Notes: generated by a model not told the origin, from the letters alone. Positions 1 to 11,705 are shown, counted from the first letter of the stretch. The stretch is DNA of 64,000 bases from Marsupella aquatica (GCA_973895155.1 OZ316898.1:15716330-15780329); one strand, 5' to 3'. Numbers and translations: made by a program.

Positions 1-623
1 CTCTCTACTTCAAATGAGCATTCTACTCTGTCTTATAAGTGCTGGAATCCTAAAATGGAGGAGGTAAGAACAGTCGTGCCTTTCCAAGCTTAAAACTAAA
101 CAAGGGAGAAGCACAGCATAAGTACTTCAACAAGGGTGGTAGAATACTACTTTACTAGTAATCTACTTCAAAAACTAAGTGTTGAGCGGACGCTGCTAGA
201 AGCGTCGGGAGAATCTGGACGCTGCTAGAAGCGTCTTAAGTAAAACCAACGGACGCTGCTCACACTGCTCACAGCGTCAATACTAGGGTGGACGCTGCTC
301 ACAGCGTCGTGTGTTGAAGCTGACGCTTTCCACAGCGTCGGTCGAAATCCTCATAGAGTCTTGGTGGCGGTCGGGCGCTGCCAAAAGCGTCATGAGGAGG
401 TTGGACGCTTCCGCAGCGTCTTGAGTAAAAGAAACGGGCGCTGGTCACAGCGTCGGGCAAAGTACACTAGGAATCGTCAGGAAAGCCGGAGATGTCAAAT
501 ATTTCTATAAGTGTCCAGAACAAGTAAATGTTGGCCGGAAGGTGTCTAAAGTGTAAGTAAATCTTGTGATATGCTAAAAATAAACAAGTTTCCAGAAAAA
601 ATTGCAGGGACACCCATACCACA
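1..623 (-). mobile_element. End of an unrelated insertion (probably an LTR) nested in the integrase of element A1; continues beyond the window
   Basis: Identity with element A2 integrase stops at ...GCTGTTTT. The minus strand continues TGTGGTATGGG (TG-type terminus at 623), whereas A2 continues TGCTTACAATC. The other end is outside the window, so no TSD check is possible. Confidence 0.6.
188..454. repeat. Array of 8 short hairpin units (GRCGCT-N5-15-AGCGTC) with variable spacers
   Basis: Units start near 188, 217, 251, 290, 321, 373, 403 and 436, e.g. GGACGCTGCTAGAAGCGTC and GGACGCTGCTCACAGCGTC. Confidence 0.85.
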
Positions 624-3370
624 AAAACAGCAGCAAACAATTTATCATCCCAATCAAGTTTGTTCTGAGCTACTGTCTTGTTCAATATCTTTCCTATAAT
701 TCCGTTTGCTCGTTCTGTCAACCCGTTTGCCTTTGGATGGTAGGGAGTAGTAGGCCTATGTTTAACTAAATACTGCTCATTTAAACGACTAATTATATCA
801 TTCAAAAAATGGGTTCCTCTATCACTAACTAATTCTAGGGGTGCTCCATACCTGGTGAAGATCTGCTCATACATGAATCTAGCCGTAGTAATTGCATCAT
901 CCTTCGTTGTTGGTCTGGCCTCTACCCATTTAGTTGCATAATCCGTAGCCAGGATTATGTACTTGTTCCGTCGAGGGTGGGTCAGTGGTTTCAGAGGTCC
1001 AATGTAATCAATACCCCACTTCTCGAATGGTGCCAGAGGTAGAATAGGGTGCAGTGGATGCCTGGTGGACGCCCTTGGTCCTCCCGCTCGTTGACAAGGA
1101 TCGCATTGTTTGATAAACTGATAGACATCTTTGTGCAAGGTGGGCCACCAGTAACCGGCATTTAATATCTTCTTAGACGTGGTTACTGGGGCAAAATGTC
1201 CTCCGGCCTCCTCTCCATGCATGGCCCGTAGGACTCGTTTTACCTCTCTCTTTTCCAAACATCTTTGAATCGTGCCGTTGATTCCATGCTTGTGCAGTAT
1301 GCCTTTAATGCACTGATACTGTCTGACCTTCCGCACAAAGACTGCGGCTTGCTCTCGGCTTAATCCTGGCTTTAATCTGGAAGTGCTGAGAAATTGTAAA
1401 ATCTCAGGGTACCATGTACCAGCTATTTCCACAACGAATAGCTCCTCGTCGGGGAATCGATCATCGATGCAATCCGTGGCAGGTTTACCTGTGATCCTTG
1501 AAAAGAAGTCGGCATTGGCATGTAACTTTCCCGGCTTGATCCTCAGCTCATAGTCAAACTCCTGTAATAGCAAAATCCATCTTGCTACTCTGCCTGTAAG
1601 GTCCGGCTTATTGACTAGGTACTTCAAACTTTCATGATCAATATGAAAGATTACCTTGTACCCTAGTAAATAATGCCTAAACTTTGTACAAGAATAAATG
1701 ACTCCTAATGCTTCTCTTTCCGTGGTAGAGTAGTTCCGTTCGGCATCGGCAAGCTGACGGCTTGCGAAGTATATGGGATGGTCCCTTCCTTTCTCATCCA
1801 ACTGACTTAGTACTGAGCCAATACAGAAGCCCGAGACATCTACAAAAACATGAAAATCTTTGTTCCAGTCCGGTGCTATCATGACTGGGGCCTCTACTAA
1901 CATCTGCTTCAATTCTACCACCGCTGTGACTCGTTCGGGTGTGGGTTCGAAGTCTGCTCCTGCCTTGAGCATATTGGTTAATGGTAAAGCTAGCTTGGCA
2001 AAATCCTTGATGAACCGGCGATAGTAACCAATGCATCCCAAGAAGGATCTTACATCCTTTATGTTCTTAGGTTGCATGATATCTAGCCATACTGCTAGCT
2101 TACCTTTGTCAATCTCAATGCCCTTCCTTGATACCTTGTGACCTAGTAGCACCCCCTCGGTTACTGCAAAAAAACATTTATCTGGGTGTAACTTGAGACC
2201 CACCTCTCTACATCTCATGAAGGTTTTCCTGAGGTATTTAGCATGTTTCGATGCCTTCCCGAATACTGCAAAGTCGTCAATGAAGATTTCCATGAACTTT
2301 CTCAAGTAATCATGAAAAATGTTCACCATTAATCGTTGGAACATAGCTGGTGCGTTGCAGAGTCCAAACGGCATACGATTGAAGACATAGATCCCCCATT
2401 CCGTGATGAAGGCCGTCTTGATTTGGTCTTCCTGCCGAATCCTGATTTGGTTATAACCAGAGTATCCATCCATGAATGAATATAGTTCATGACTGGCTAC
2501 CATGTCTAGTACCATATCAGTAAACGGTAAAGGAAAATGGTCTTTTAATGTTGCTTCATTCAGCTTCCTGTAATCCTGACAAACCCGGATCTTGGGTTTA
2601 CCATCGGGTCCAGCTTTCTTGGGAACTATCACAATTGGAGACACCCAGTCTGAATGCAGGACTGGAGTGATGAATCCAGCTTCCACTAGTTTGTCGATTT
2701 CTGTTTTGACCAGCAGGGAATACTTCGGGTTCATCCTTCGAATTGGTTGTCGAAATGATTTGGCTCCTAACATGAGATCAATTCGATGTTCCCCTAGTGT
2801 TGGATCTACTCCCTTTAGATCTTGGTGACTCCATGCAAACACATCCTGAAATTCAATCAATAAGTCACTGATCTCTTTCTCGAGCTCAGGTGCTAGGTTT
2901 CTCCCTAAGTTCAGTTCTCTTCCCTCGCCTAAGTCGAGCTTCCGATATTGCCGTGCTTGGATCATATTAATCTGCTTCTTCAAATTCGGGTCCAGTTCGG
3001 CTTCCAGTCTCTCTAATCTCATACCTCCATAAACTGGGATCTCGGCTGGACTAGTCGAGTCGGTCCCGTCCTTGGTGTCCATAGATTGTCCCCTTACCGG
3101 TCTATTCGGTTTTGAATTGGTGGTCGGCTCCCCTTCCTGCCTTGGCTCTGGATTGTGTCTGTCCATCTCATCCATCTCTTGCTCCTGAGAGTTAGGCCGC
3201 TGTGCTCTCTCGGCTTCTAATAGGGCCTCAATTTGTTCTGCCCTCGTAATCGGCTTGTATGCCGATCCCTTGGTATTTAATTCCTTGCCGATGATCGATG
3301 GCGTTGTGAACCCTGCCGGCTCTGCCACAACGCCTGCAGAAAATCCACTGTCCCTGCTACTGCTCCCCAC
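624..3370 (-). CDS. pol: Pol (RT, RNase H, integrase); truncated in integrase by the insertion at 623
   Basis: RT motifs VCQDYRKLN, KDHFPLPF, MPFGLCNAP, FIDDF; RNase H DVSG...EREAL; integrase H-H-C-C (MH...GGH...CDPC), WGIDYIGP, SDRGTHF, ERAN. The last ~52 aa of the computed ORF (467-623) come from the insertion. Confidence 0.93.
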
Positions 3371-6267
3371 TTAGCCATTTCATCCAATTGGTCTACATCC
3401 TTTACTTCCTCCGGAATTGCAGCTAAAAAGGTGGATTCTATTGTAAAGCAGTCCTCGACCTCTTCGTCTTCTTCTTCCAAGTCACCTTCCAGTGGTTCTT
3501 GCCATAATCCGCTGGGGGGTACCTCTGGTCCAAAGACACTTTCTTCGGTTAGGTCAGTGAGGCATTCTAACCAACGTACTTCATCGGCTGACTCCAGTCC
3601 ACTGTCGTACCCATCTACTTCCCTTATGCTTTTCCTACGGTCATCCTTAGTGTCCCAGGATACCGTGATAGAGGGGGTCCCGAAAGTGAACTGCTTTTTA
3701 CCCCAATCTTCTATTACCTCGGCTAGGTACAGCCATGGCCTACCAATCAATAGCCGGAATGACGTAGGATTTACCGGCTTCATTACTACATAGTTAATGC
3801 TAAAGAAGATACCTCCTATCTTTGTCTTGATGTCGGTTAACACTCCCGTGGGAATGACCTGATATCCATTGGCCATGTTCAACACTCTTCCAGTCATCTC
3901 CGGTGTTAGACCCCACCCTTTTGCTGTTGAATCAATCATAATACATACCCCTGATCCTCCATCGATGGGTACCCGTAGTAATAATTCTCCTTGAATCATT
4001 AATGGTAATGCTGGGGCTCCTTGATCTTCTTCTATCATTAGTACGTCGGATCTGGTTGCTACCTTGGGTAATCTCGGCTTGCCGAGAATAGCCTTCCTTA
4101 ATTGCTTCCGGAAGTACGGGCTATTTTTCAATAGTTGACCTACTGTTGCCGAGACTCTAGATTCTAGTACATCTTTAGCCAGGTCATAGGGAACAATCGG
4201 CTTCTCTTCTGGTGGTGTTTTCGTCTTGGATTCGGCCAGTTTTGCCACGCTAGTCTCCACAGCTGTTGGGTCTTCCGAAGCAAACAATGCTTTTGCTCGT
4301 TTTACATCCTTGGCAATGGCTTCGGTATTCTCCAGGGTTTCTAATTCTCTTAGTTGTTCCTTAACACTAGCCGTAACAGAGGGGTAGAACAACTTAGGAT
4401 GATCTCGATTGAAGTCGCTATCTTGTGAAGGATTGGTTTCACTGGTGGGCTCATGGCTTACCTGTATTGCCGGAGCCCTCCCTTCTCCTTCTGTTGATGT
4501 TGACGAAGAGTCGATCCTTTCCTCCGTAACCTTCCCTTTATTTTTGGCCAGCCCATCCCACCTTTCCTTCCTTCTGGTAGATCGAGTAGAGACCCGGTAG
4601 CAATCATGATCTAAATCCTCCTCTGAGAAGGTTGATAGGGCTTCGGCCTCATCATCAGATGGTACAAACTCTGCCTCGGCATCCTCTTGCCATCCTAGTT
4701 CGATGTGGTTGATTTGAACTCCTCCGGGGGTAGTGCCTGGCGGTAGGATCTTGATCGGCAAAAGCTTATGATTTGCGGCCAGGCCTGCCAACCAAGTAGG
4801 ACATTGCCCTAGCATATGACCTTCCTGTCGGCATCCCATACAGAGCTGAGCTGGTTGTCCATCACCCTGTTTGCGTGCATTCGGGCATTCTCTAGCAAAA
4901 TGGCCAGGTTGACCACAATTATAGCACGCCGCAAATCTTTGCACATTCGGCCTAGGAGGTACTGACGGGTTCTGAATAATCCGAGGATACATCTCTCCTG
5001 GATTGTTCCTTAACCCTGACCACAGAGATGCAGGTCTGTTGGATAGGTCTCGTGCTCCAGTCTCACTGATGCCGAAAACACTATCAGCGGCATCTCCTAA
5101 AAAGTACTCTACTTCTCCCTGACATGGTCTGATCTCGGCCACATGCCGAACATGATTAGTATTAAGCTTAGGACACGCATCTTTATGGTGTCCGGTTTTA
5201 TAACATAAGGCACACCATACAGAGCTATCCTCCTGTACTACCTTCTTCTTTGGTTTTACCTCTGCAATGATAGCCTTAAGTTGCTCGGTAAGGGCTACGA
5301 TGTTATCTGGTGGCTTAGCCTCCATCTTGACTTTCGTCTTCCCTCTCCTTCTGCCCTTCCTTTTCCTAGTTTTTTCTTCTTCAGAACTAGAAGATGACTC
5401 ACTCTTGCTACTCCCACTATCCGAGCTTGACTTATCACTTCTAGACTTCTTGGGATGTTTCTTCTTCTTATCTTTTTTCTTATGGGGTGATCCCTCCTCT
5501 GATGAGGAACTCTCAGACTTAAGCTGTTTCTTCCGGCTTGTGATATCTGCATTAATGTATAATTGAATATCCTTAATTGCTTCGGCTAAAGTCTCCGGGT
5601 TCTCCTTCCTAATTGCAAAACTCATCTTCTGTGGCAAAGCATTCACCAACCATTGAAGTTGCATACCTTCAGATGCATTGGTCTTTGTACGTCTTACCAG
5701 TTTCTGAAAGCGTTGCAAGAACTTCCTGAAGGATTTGTTCTCCTTGAACCGAAGTTGTCCCAACTGAACTGCTAGTTCTGAAGTTCCAATGGGTCGAAAC
5801 TCCTTAACAAAGAGTGTTTTGAAGATATCCCAGATGGCTTGATCTTCCACATCTAATGCTCTGTACCAAGGCCTAGCCTCACCCTTGAACAGGCCGGGAA
5901 GAATCTGCATCTTGATGGCCGATTCTCCATTTGCTGCAGCGGTTCCCTCGAAATCATCCAACCATTCATCCGGATCCTCATCTCCTCTCCCATGAAATGC
6001 CTTGTAATGTATGCGCGACCGCTGGCTCAATCTGGTCCCTGGCCTCTCGTCTGGCCGTGCCTCTGGTTCCCCCATGTCGGTTGGAGACTCACTTCTCCTT
6101 ACCGACTCTTCTTCTGGTATGTCTTCTTCGACGCCACTTCCAGTTTCGGAGCTACCAGCTCTTTCTGCCCCTCTCAGTCGCTGTGTATCATGCCACCCGG
6201 CGAGCTGCTGCAGTCGAGCTCTCTCCCGTTGAATCACTCTTTCTTCCCTCGGCGTAAGGTCAGTCAT
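3277..6267 (-). CDS. gag: Gag-protease polyprotein (996 aa)
   Basis: Capsid-like FHGRGDEDPDEWL...GEARPWY; three CCHC knuckles (CALCYKTGHHKDAC, CYNCGQPGHFAREC, CMGCRQEGHMLGQC); aspartic protease IDGGSG...LLIGRPWL. Confidence 0.93.
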   Translation of the reverse strand: MTDLTPREERVIQRERARLQQLAGWHDTQRLRGAERAGSSETGSGVEEDIPEEESVRRSESPTDMGEPEARPDERPGTRLSQRSRIHYKAFHGRGDEDPDEWLDDFEGTAAANGESAIKMQILPGLFKGEARPWYRALDVEDQAIWDIFKTLFVKEFRPIGTSELAVQLGQLRFKENKSFRKFLQRFQKLVRRTKTNASEGMQLQWLVNALPQKMSFAIRKENPETLAEAIKDIQLYINADITSRKKQLKSESSSSEEGSPHKKKDKKKKHPKKSRSDKSSSDSGSSKSESSSSSEEEKTRKRKGRRRGKTKVKMEAKPPDNIVALTEQLKAIIAEVKPKKKVVQEDSSVWCALCYKTGHHKDACPKLNTNHVRHVAEIRPCQGEVEYFLGDAADSVFGISETGARDLSNRPASLWSGLRNNPGEMYPRIIQNPSVPPRPNVQRFAACYNCGQPGHFARECPNARKQGDGQPAQLCMGCRQEGHMLGQCPTWLAGLAANHKLLPIKILPPGTTPGGVQINHIELGWQEDAEAEFVPSDDEAEALSTFSEEDLDHDCYRVSTRSTRRKERWDGLAKNKGKVTEERIDSSSTSTEGEGRAPAIQVSHEPTSETNPSQDSDFNRDHPKLFYPSVTASVKEQLRELETLENTEAIAKDVKRAKALFASEDPTAVETSVAKLAESKTKTPPEEKPIVPYDLAKDVLESRVSATVGQLLKNSPYFRKQLRKAILGKPRLPKVATRSDVLMIEEDQGAPALPLMIQGELLLRVPIDGGSGVCIMIDSTAKGWGLTPEMTGRVLNMANGYQVIPTGVLTDIKTKIGGIFFSINYVVMKPVNPTSFRLLIGRPWLYLAEVIEDWGKKQFTFGTPSITVSWDTKDDRRKSIREVDGYDSGLESADEVRWLECLTDLTEESVFGPEVPPSGLWQEPLEGDLEEEDEEVEDCFTIESTFLAAIPEEVKDVDQLDEMAKWGAVAGTVDFLQALWQSRQGSQRHRSSARN
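3287..3346 (-). promoter_or_regulatory. Candidate -1 ribosomal frameshift signal (G_GAT_TTT plus stem-loop/pseudoknot), copy A1
   Basis: Heptamer in gag phase within the gag/pol overlap, followed after 5 nt by stem GGCGTTGTGG/TCACAACGCC. Confidence 0.75.
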
Positions 6268-6314
6268 TACCTACGCTTCCGTTCTAACTTCATATCTCAC
6301 GGCTTAAGAAATGC

Positions 6315-6332
6315 CCCCTCCATCTAGCGCCA
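6315..6332 (-). promoter_or_regulatory. Primer binding site
   Basis: TGGCGCTAGATGGAGGGG, 4 nt after the LTR end; tRNA identity not assigned. Confidence 0.8.
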
Positions 6333-6336
6333 AAAA

Positions 6337-9300
6337 TGTGGTGCGTCCCATGGCTCCCTAAACCCAAGAAACCCCTCAGCTCAAGCCGATTCCCACAGGT
6401 TTCGTGCTTGGCGAGGCCGTTTCCGCGGCTTAGCGGCATGGGACGCTGCTAACCTTCTACTACTACTATTAACATTTTACACACATATACTGGACAGATC
6501 CTTCATCGGGTCATGAGATACGTAGCCGGCCTAATATAGGCCTTCCCCTGTCTTCCCCTGTCTTCCCCTGTCTTCCCCTCCGTCTTGTTAGGTATGTTTG
6601 GATTCCGCCGTTGGAATGATCCCCAATAGGCTTGGTTAAGCCGCTAAGACCTCTCTCAGCTCGACACATCCAACTCTTACTCCCTTGCTTACTTTCCTTC
6701 CTTCTGTTGATGTGGGCACTCTTCACACAAGTTAATGCGACACACAAATAGCAAAATGACTCATTCTGACTGAGTCATACCATGCACTTGCCATACAAAC
6801 AGTACATCTCATACACAAGTTCTGCGAACTAAGCCGTGAGGCCAACTCTATTCAGCTCTTAGGCATGAGGAAACATGAATATACACAAGGGTCACTGTAT
6901 GACTAACCGAGAGCTTCTCGTACTACTTGATCCCAGCCCGGCTGGTGCAAACTAAAAACTTGCTAAAGAAGAGGCCCTGAGCTCCCCGCTGCCCAGGTAC
7001 TTATCCTGGTAGTGGATCCGCCATTCTTTGCATCGTAAGCCTAATCTACTTAACAGTAATCTACTTGCCCGAATCTACCTATGTACAGCAAGGCAGGAGC
7101 ACAAGTGTTGCTCCTACCAGTGGGACCGCAATCCCACTAAGCTAAGTGTGAGGGCCGCTCCTGGTTCTGATCCTAATCCTAACGTGGAGATCCGCGCCCG
7201 CCCTGCCCACTCACACCTCCTCCCTCCACGTCCGCCCTCCCTAAAAGGAACGGCGCCCTTGCACCGTCACGACACCGGTGGTGGATCCTTAATGGACGCC
7301 CCCAACGCTTCCTCCTCAGCCACTGCCGTAGGCTCATTCCCTGACAGATTACCTGCCCTTGACTGAGTCAACTCTCCATCGGCCTGACTGGGTCCACCAT
7401 CGGCGTCGGCATCGGCTCGAGAATCGGTTACGGCCTCAGCCTCGGCTACGGTCTCCCCGGCCTGCTCAAGAGGCGGATCGGGAATACTGGCCTCCTCATT
7501 GAGTAGTTCGGCTTGGGCCGCACCATCCCTACCTGTGATCATAGCGGGATCTATTGCCGTATTCATGTCGGAGGATGGTGCTGGTTCTACCTCTTTGGTC
7601 ACCACGGCTTGTGGAGTCGGATTACTCCTTGACCCTGAAGGTTTCCGCTTTTTCTTCTTTTCTGGTTCGGCAGCTGGTCCCTTCCCCTTCCCACTTACCT
7701 CCGACACTGGTGCAGTTGGCGTGGCTTTTTCTTCGGCCAGTACCACTCCTGGTAACTTGGTTGCCCCAATTGGAGTTGGGCCTGATGAAGACAAGCACCT
7801 AAATACTGCGGCTTGTTTCTTCAGCCGCTCCGTTTGGTTGTCGGCCCGCCGCTGGAGGTTCTCCATCTTCCTCGTGATTTCCTCCAACTCCTCCTGGGTC
7901 TCATCCAGGTCCTTGCGTGCCTCCTCTAGTTCCTTCTGGGCTTCCTCCCGTTCTTGTTTCAAGGTAGTCCTCTCCTCCTGGGTTGCTTTTAGCTCCTTGT
8001 TGAGCTCTGCAATGATGACAGACTCCATCTGGTTCATCTTGGCGTAAGTCTGTTCGAGCATCTCGTCCTTCTCCCTTAGGTCGGCCTTGAAGCTGGCCGT
8101 CAGGGACGCAAGCTCCTGCTGCAGCGCCATAATCCCTTGATAGGATTTCCCTAACTCGGCCTCCTTCTGCTCAAGGGCTCCGCGGATTTTCTCGAGCTCC
8201 CCTTTCAACGCCCATTCCTTTCTTTGGGTCTCTGCCATGGCCCGGCTGTTGGCTGTTATGTGGGCCTCCTCTGTATTCTTCAGCTCTTGCTTCCACTTCT
8301 CCCTCTCTTTGATCGTGTCGGCCAACTCTCCCTGCGTCTGAGTCAGTTTATCCTTGATATTCTGATTATCAGCCTGCGCGGTGTCCAACTGCCCCTGCGT
8401 GATGTTTAGCTCATGTCGTTTAATCCGTAGTTCATCTTGGGCTTTCTTGGCCGCCCTTAGATCTTCAATCTCGGCTTCCATCTTCCTAAGCCGCCGAATG
8501 ACCTCGTCCTTCTTGCTTCTCTCTAAAGCCACCGCTTCTTCTAATTGGTGCTTCTCCAACTGCTCCCTATGGAAAAAGGGTCCTACCTCCAACTCCTCTC
8601 CAAAGATGCCGAGCGCAAGTTCCCCACACATCTCACCATACTCCATGGCTCTATTCTTAGCGTAGGTGGAGTAAGTAGAAGTGATCGGCATCGCCCATCG
8701 CGGCCTCTGCTCCCAAGCCGTCCTGCGGATCTCTTCAATCGTGGCTAGAGGTTTGCTTCCTTTTTTGGCTAGCCGCCTGATGTCCTCTGGCCAATCTCCT
8801 CCTGGTAAATCCTTTTCCTTAGCCAGGGCGGCCTCCTCCTCCTGCTTGATTCGCTCCTGAAATTCCTGCACCGTCTGTTTTATGCCGTCGAAGCTCGGGG
8901 GAGCAACATCTGGTGGGGGAGACTCAGGGCTACTCTGCTGGTTGGGGTCCCCTCGCACTACCCTTGGAAGTGTGGGGACAAACCGGCCACAGGTCCTTAC
9001 TCCTGGAACGTGATGGTCCGACCCATAGCCGGAATTATCATGGCTGCAGTCCTCCACTGCCTCCTCTACCTCTTGGACGTCCGGCTTCTCCCTCTCCTCT
9101 TCGTCGGTAGGAGCTTCAGGCAATTCTGCCTCAGATTCGGAGCTTGAGGTTCCCACGTACATTCGAACACCTGGCTTGGATTCCGGCCTGATTCTCTCCT
9201 TGTCTCCAGCAAAGGGGTTTTCTCTTGTGAGCCGGTGTAGGCCTACCTCTGTAGTAGTGTCCTGCATTGTTGCCATTGCCGTTGTTGTTGCCGATGCCGA

Positions 9301-11014
9301 TTTCTTTTCTTTCTCCAGTAGTTTCAGCAGACTCTGCATGCCTGGTTGCTGCATCGGCAAGTCTTCCTTCCTGGGCCTAAACACCTGCTCGATCGTAGGA
9401 CTAACAGGTGGTTGAGGCTTCTCAGCCAACGGCCTCGGCGTTGGAGCTTCCTCAGGTGCCCTTACCTGCAGGGGAAGTACCGGGGCAAAAGTCTGACCTC
9501 TGGCATACCGGCACAACAGCGGCATGTGATAGCCAAGCCGCGACACGCTCCCCATGCCGATTACCTGCTGCTCCTCCTTTAAGATCTTCTTCAATTGGTT
9601 GAGGAGGTACCCGTTGTAGTCCCGGCTTGGGTCTGGCCTTTCTGCCAGATAGACCTGTGCCTTGCCGATCTCTGCCCTCGGCAAGTTACAATGCATGGTC
9701 ACCCGCAAGAAGTCGATCATCTCTCCTATGTGCGGGTTGGTGCAGGTGTTCCGGAAGAAGCCATTCTTCGTTGATGGCCCGGGGAACGACCGGAACTCCT
9801 TGTCAGGTAAGGTCTTCCTGGTATCAACTTTGGTCTTATTGCCTATCGGCAGGCCAAACACTTCGGCAATTACCTTGGGAGTAAGATAGAAATCCTTCCC
9901 ATATATCCTCGTGCAATTGGTCTCGGGTTCCCATGACCCCACGAATTCTAATAGGTCTGACTCCGGTACCTCCGGCTTCAGCCATGGTAATCTTACAAAG
10001 GCCTCCAAGCCGGATCCGGCCATGAAGCCTTGGTACTTCTTGGTCTGCATGGCCGTGAAGCATGCATCCTCCTCCCGTGCAAAATGTAGTTGCACCTCCA
10101 CCGGTAGGGTTGCCGCCCAGCCCTTCCAGGTGTCATCCCTGGTTGGAATGGCCTTGATGGGATCGACCTCCTCCTCTTCGGCTTCTCCCTGCCTCCTGCT
10201 CTGCTGCTCGGCTGGCTTCTTTGGTGCCGCCGACCTCGTTCTTTTTGCCGGGGTGGCTTCATCGTTGACGGCTCCCTTCCTCTTCATCTCTGCTGCCGTG
10301 GAGGTTTCTCCTAGCACCGTTGCCTGGGTCCACCTTTCTGTGCTACCCTTTAATTCCCAGTGTATGTCATTGCAGTTCTTGATGGCCTCTCGGATGCCGA
10401 CGACGCTGTCTTTGCAAAACAGAAGATCGTCGAGTTGATTGGAAGTAGGCGTCCATAGGAACTCGTCCTTGATGAGTTCGCCTCCTAAGAAAGCCGTCTT
10501 CTGCAGCTCCCACAATCGAGCGAGCTCCTGCCGTTCTCGAGCTGCCCTTTCTGATTCCTCGTCCTCGTAAGTCTTGATGTACTCAGTTGCCCGTTCGAAC
10601 AGGCATCCCCAGAAATGTGCCGCTTGATTGACATTGCTCATACCCTCCTTAGGTCGATCGTCGGTATCTACTCTCTCCCCGAGTGCTTACCTAAGCAGCT
10701 GACAGTAGTTGGCCTCCCGTAGTCGTCTGCCTAGTTCGTGCTCGCAAATGAGCCACCATCTCCTGCAAGCGCTCCTTACCCCTCTCCTCCGCCGGTCCTT
10801 CTTCCCATTGATCCTTCCTAGCCGCCGACGCTTAACGCGCCCTAACCCTAATCGGGTTTTCACCCCCAGCCTTACCTCCGGCCTCGGCCCGGGTTCCATG
10901 GTTGCCCCTAATTGTTTATATTTTCCTTGTTTTGTCCCTATACTAAGGTGTTCCTAGGGTGCCTTCCTGCTTTACCCACTTAACCGGCCGAGTGATTCCT
11001 GTCTAGGCATCACA
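6337..11014 (-). repeat. 5' LTR of A1 (4678 bp)
   Basis: Matches both A2 LTRs end to end; TG...CA termini. Confidence 0.93.
7267..10641 (-). CDS. LTR-encoded 1124-aa protein (two conserved globular regions, acidic/Pro-rich linker, long coiled coil)
   Basis: Intact ATG-to-stop ORF wholly inside the LTR. EFV...TRIYGK..LTP..I..VFGLP resembles plant retrotransposon accessory (Transposase_32-like) proteins; heptad-rich E/K/Q/L region; KKKRK NLS-like motif. Confidence 0.85.
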   Translation of the reverse strand: MSNVNQAAHFWGCLFERATEYIKTYEDEESERAARERQELARLWELQKTAFLGGELIKDEFLWTPTSNQLDDLLFCKDSVVGIREAIKNCNDIHWELKGSTERWTQATVLGETSTAAEMKRKGAVNDEATPAKRTRSAAPKKPAEQQSRRQGEAEEEEVDPIKAIPTRDDTWKGWAATLPVEVQLHFAREEDACFTAMQTKKYQGFMAGSGLEAFVRLPWLKPEVPESDLLEFVGSWEPETNCTRIYGKDFYLTPKVIAEVFGLPIGNKTKVDTRKTLPDKEFRSFPGPSTKNGFFRNTCTNPHIGEMIDFLRVTMHCNLPRAEIGKAQVYLAERPDPSRDYNGYLLNQLKKILKEEQQVIGMGSVSRLGYHMPLLCRYARGQTFAPVLPLQVRAPEEAPTPRPLAEKPQPPVSPTIEQVFRPRKEDLPMQQPGMQSLLKLLEKEKKSASATTTAMATMQDTTTEVGLHRLTRENPFAGDKERIRPESKPGVRMYVGTSSSESEAELPEAPTDEEEREKPDVQEVEEAVEDCSHDNSGYGSDHHVPGVRTCGRFVPTLPRVVRGDPNQQSSPESPPPDVAPPSFDGIKQTVQEFQERIKQEEEAALAKEKDLPGGDWPEDIRRLAKKGSKPLATIEEIRRTAWEQRPRWAMPITSTYSTYAKNRAMEYGEMCGELALGIFGEELEVGPFFHREQLEKHQLEEAVALERSKKDEVIRRLRKMEAEIEDLRAAKKAQDELRIKRHELNITQGQLDTAQADNQNIKDKLTQTQGELADTIKEREKWKQELKNTEEAHITANSRAMAETQRKEWALKGELEKIRGALEQKEAELGKSYQGIMALQQELASLTASFKADLREKDEMLEQTYAKMNQMESVIIAELNKELKATQEERTTLKQEREEAQKELEEARKDLDETQEELEEITRKMENLQRRADNQTERLKKQAAVFRCLSSSGPTPIGATKLPGVVLAEEKATPTAPVSEVSGKGKGPAAEPEKKKKRKPSGSRSNPTPQAVVTKEVEPAPSSDMNTAIDPAMITGRDGAAQAELLNEEASIPDPPLEQAGETVAEAEAVTDSRADADADGGPSQADGELTQSRAGNLSGNEPTAVAEEEALGASIKDPPPVS

Positions 11015-11705
11015 TATCAATTTAGGGAGTGCATCCTACCTTTTGGATGCACGGGCTATCACGATGCATATGGCATTGCAAAATTGGACCCTAAAAAAAC
11101 AAAGACAAAACCAACAACCCAACCCTCTCCAAACAAGTACTGCACAATACACACACAAGGTTAATACCCTATGTTTGGCCTCCCACAAAATATTGCACAT
11201 CACATATAACAAAAGACCATCACATATTGGCAGGAAGTACAATATAATGGCAAGAACATACCAGCCTATATATATATATGTTACCCCAAAATTTGTCCGT
11301 TTGGATAAATTGCCGCATGTACTACAATGTAACCATCCGATCAAAAACCACGTTGGCGAAACAAAACCCGGACCACCCAAAGCAAACCTACATTTCATTG
11401 CAAGTAAATGATGAAGTTAATATCCTTAAAAAAACACTAATCCCAATTACCAACCCTATTCCCAACTACTATCCCATTAAAAATTCATCGGAAACGTAGT
11501 CGGATGCCAAGCGGCAGTGAATGTCCGATGCTGGGATGAGGGGTCCGATTCTTATAGGATCGGACATTTGTGATGTTTCTAGTATCGGACATACAATCGG
11601 ATAGTTAATTAGGTTGCTCGACTAAAGTGCGAGTGCACCTCAATCGGGCATTGTTTCGGAAGAGTGTCGGGTGGACTTGGCGAGCTCAATTGCGCGAGCT
11701 CTGGA

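Larger units (their letters stand above)
624..11014 (-). mobile_element. Ty3/Gypsy LTR retrotransposon family A, copy A1 (5' LTR, PBS, gag-pro, pol; 3' part displaced by nested insertion)
   Basis: Near-identical reverse complement of 44598-~54934; LTR termini TGTGATG...CACCACA; PBS adjacent; domain order PR-RT-RH-IN. Confidence 0.95.

Noticed and set aside
188-454. CRISPR array
   Set aside because: Repeats are short and degenerate, spacers mostly 10-15 nt, no cas genes, and the context is eukaryotic TE.
467-623. Hydrophobic C-terminal tail on Pol
   Set aside because: Read-through into the nested insertion; A2 shows the real integrase end.
7267-10641. env gene or captured host myosin/SMC gene
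   Set aside because: No signal peptide or TM segment and no ATPase or motor motifs; coiled-coil resemblance is compositional only.
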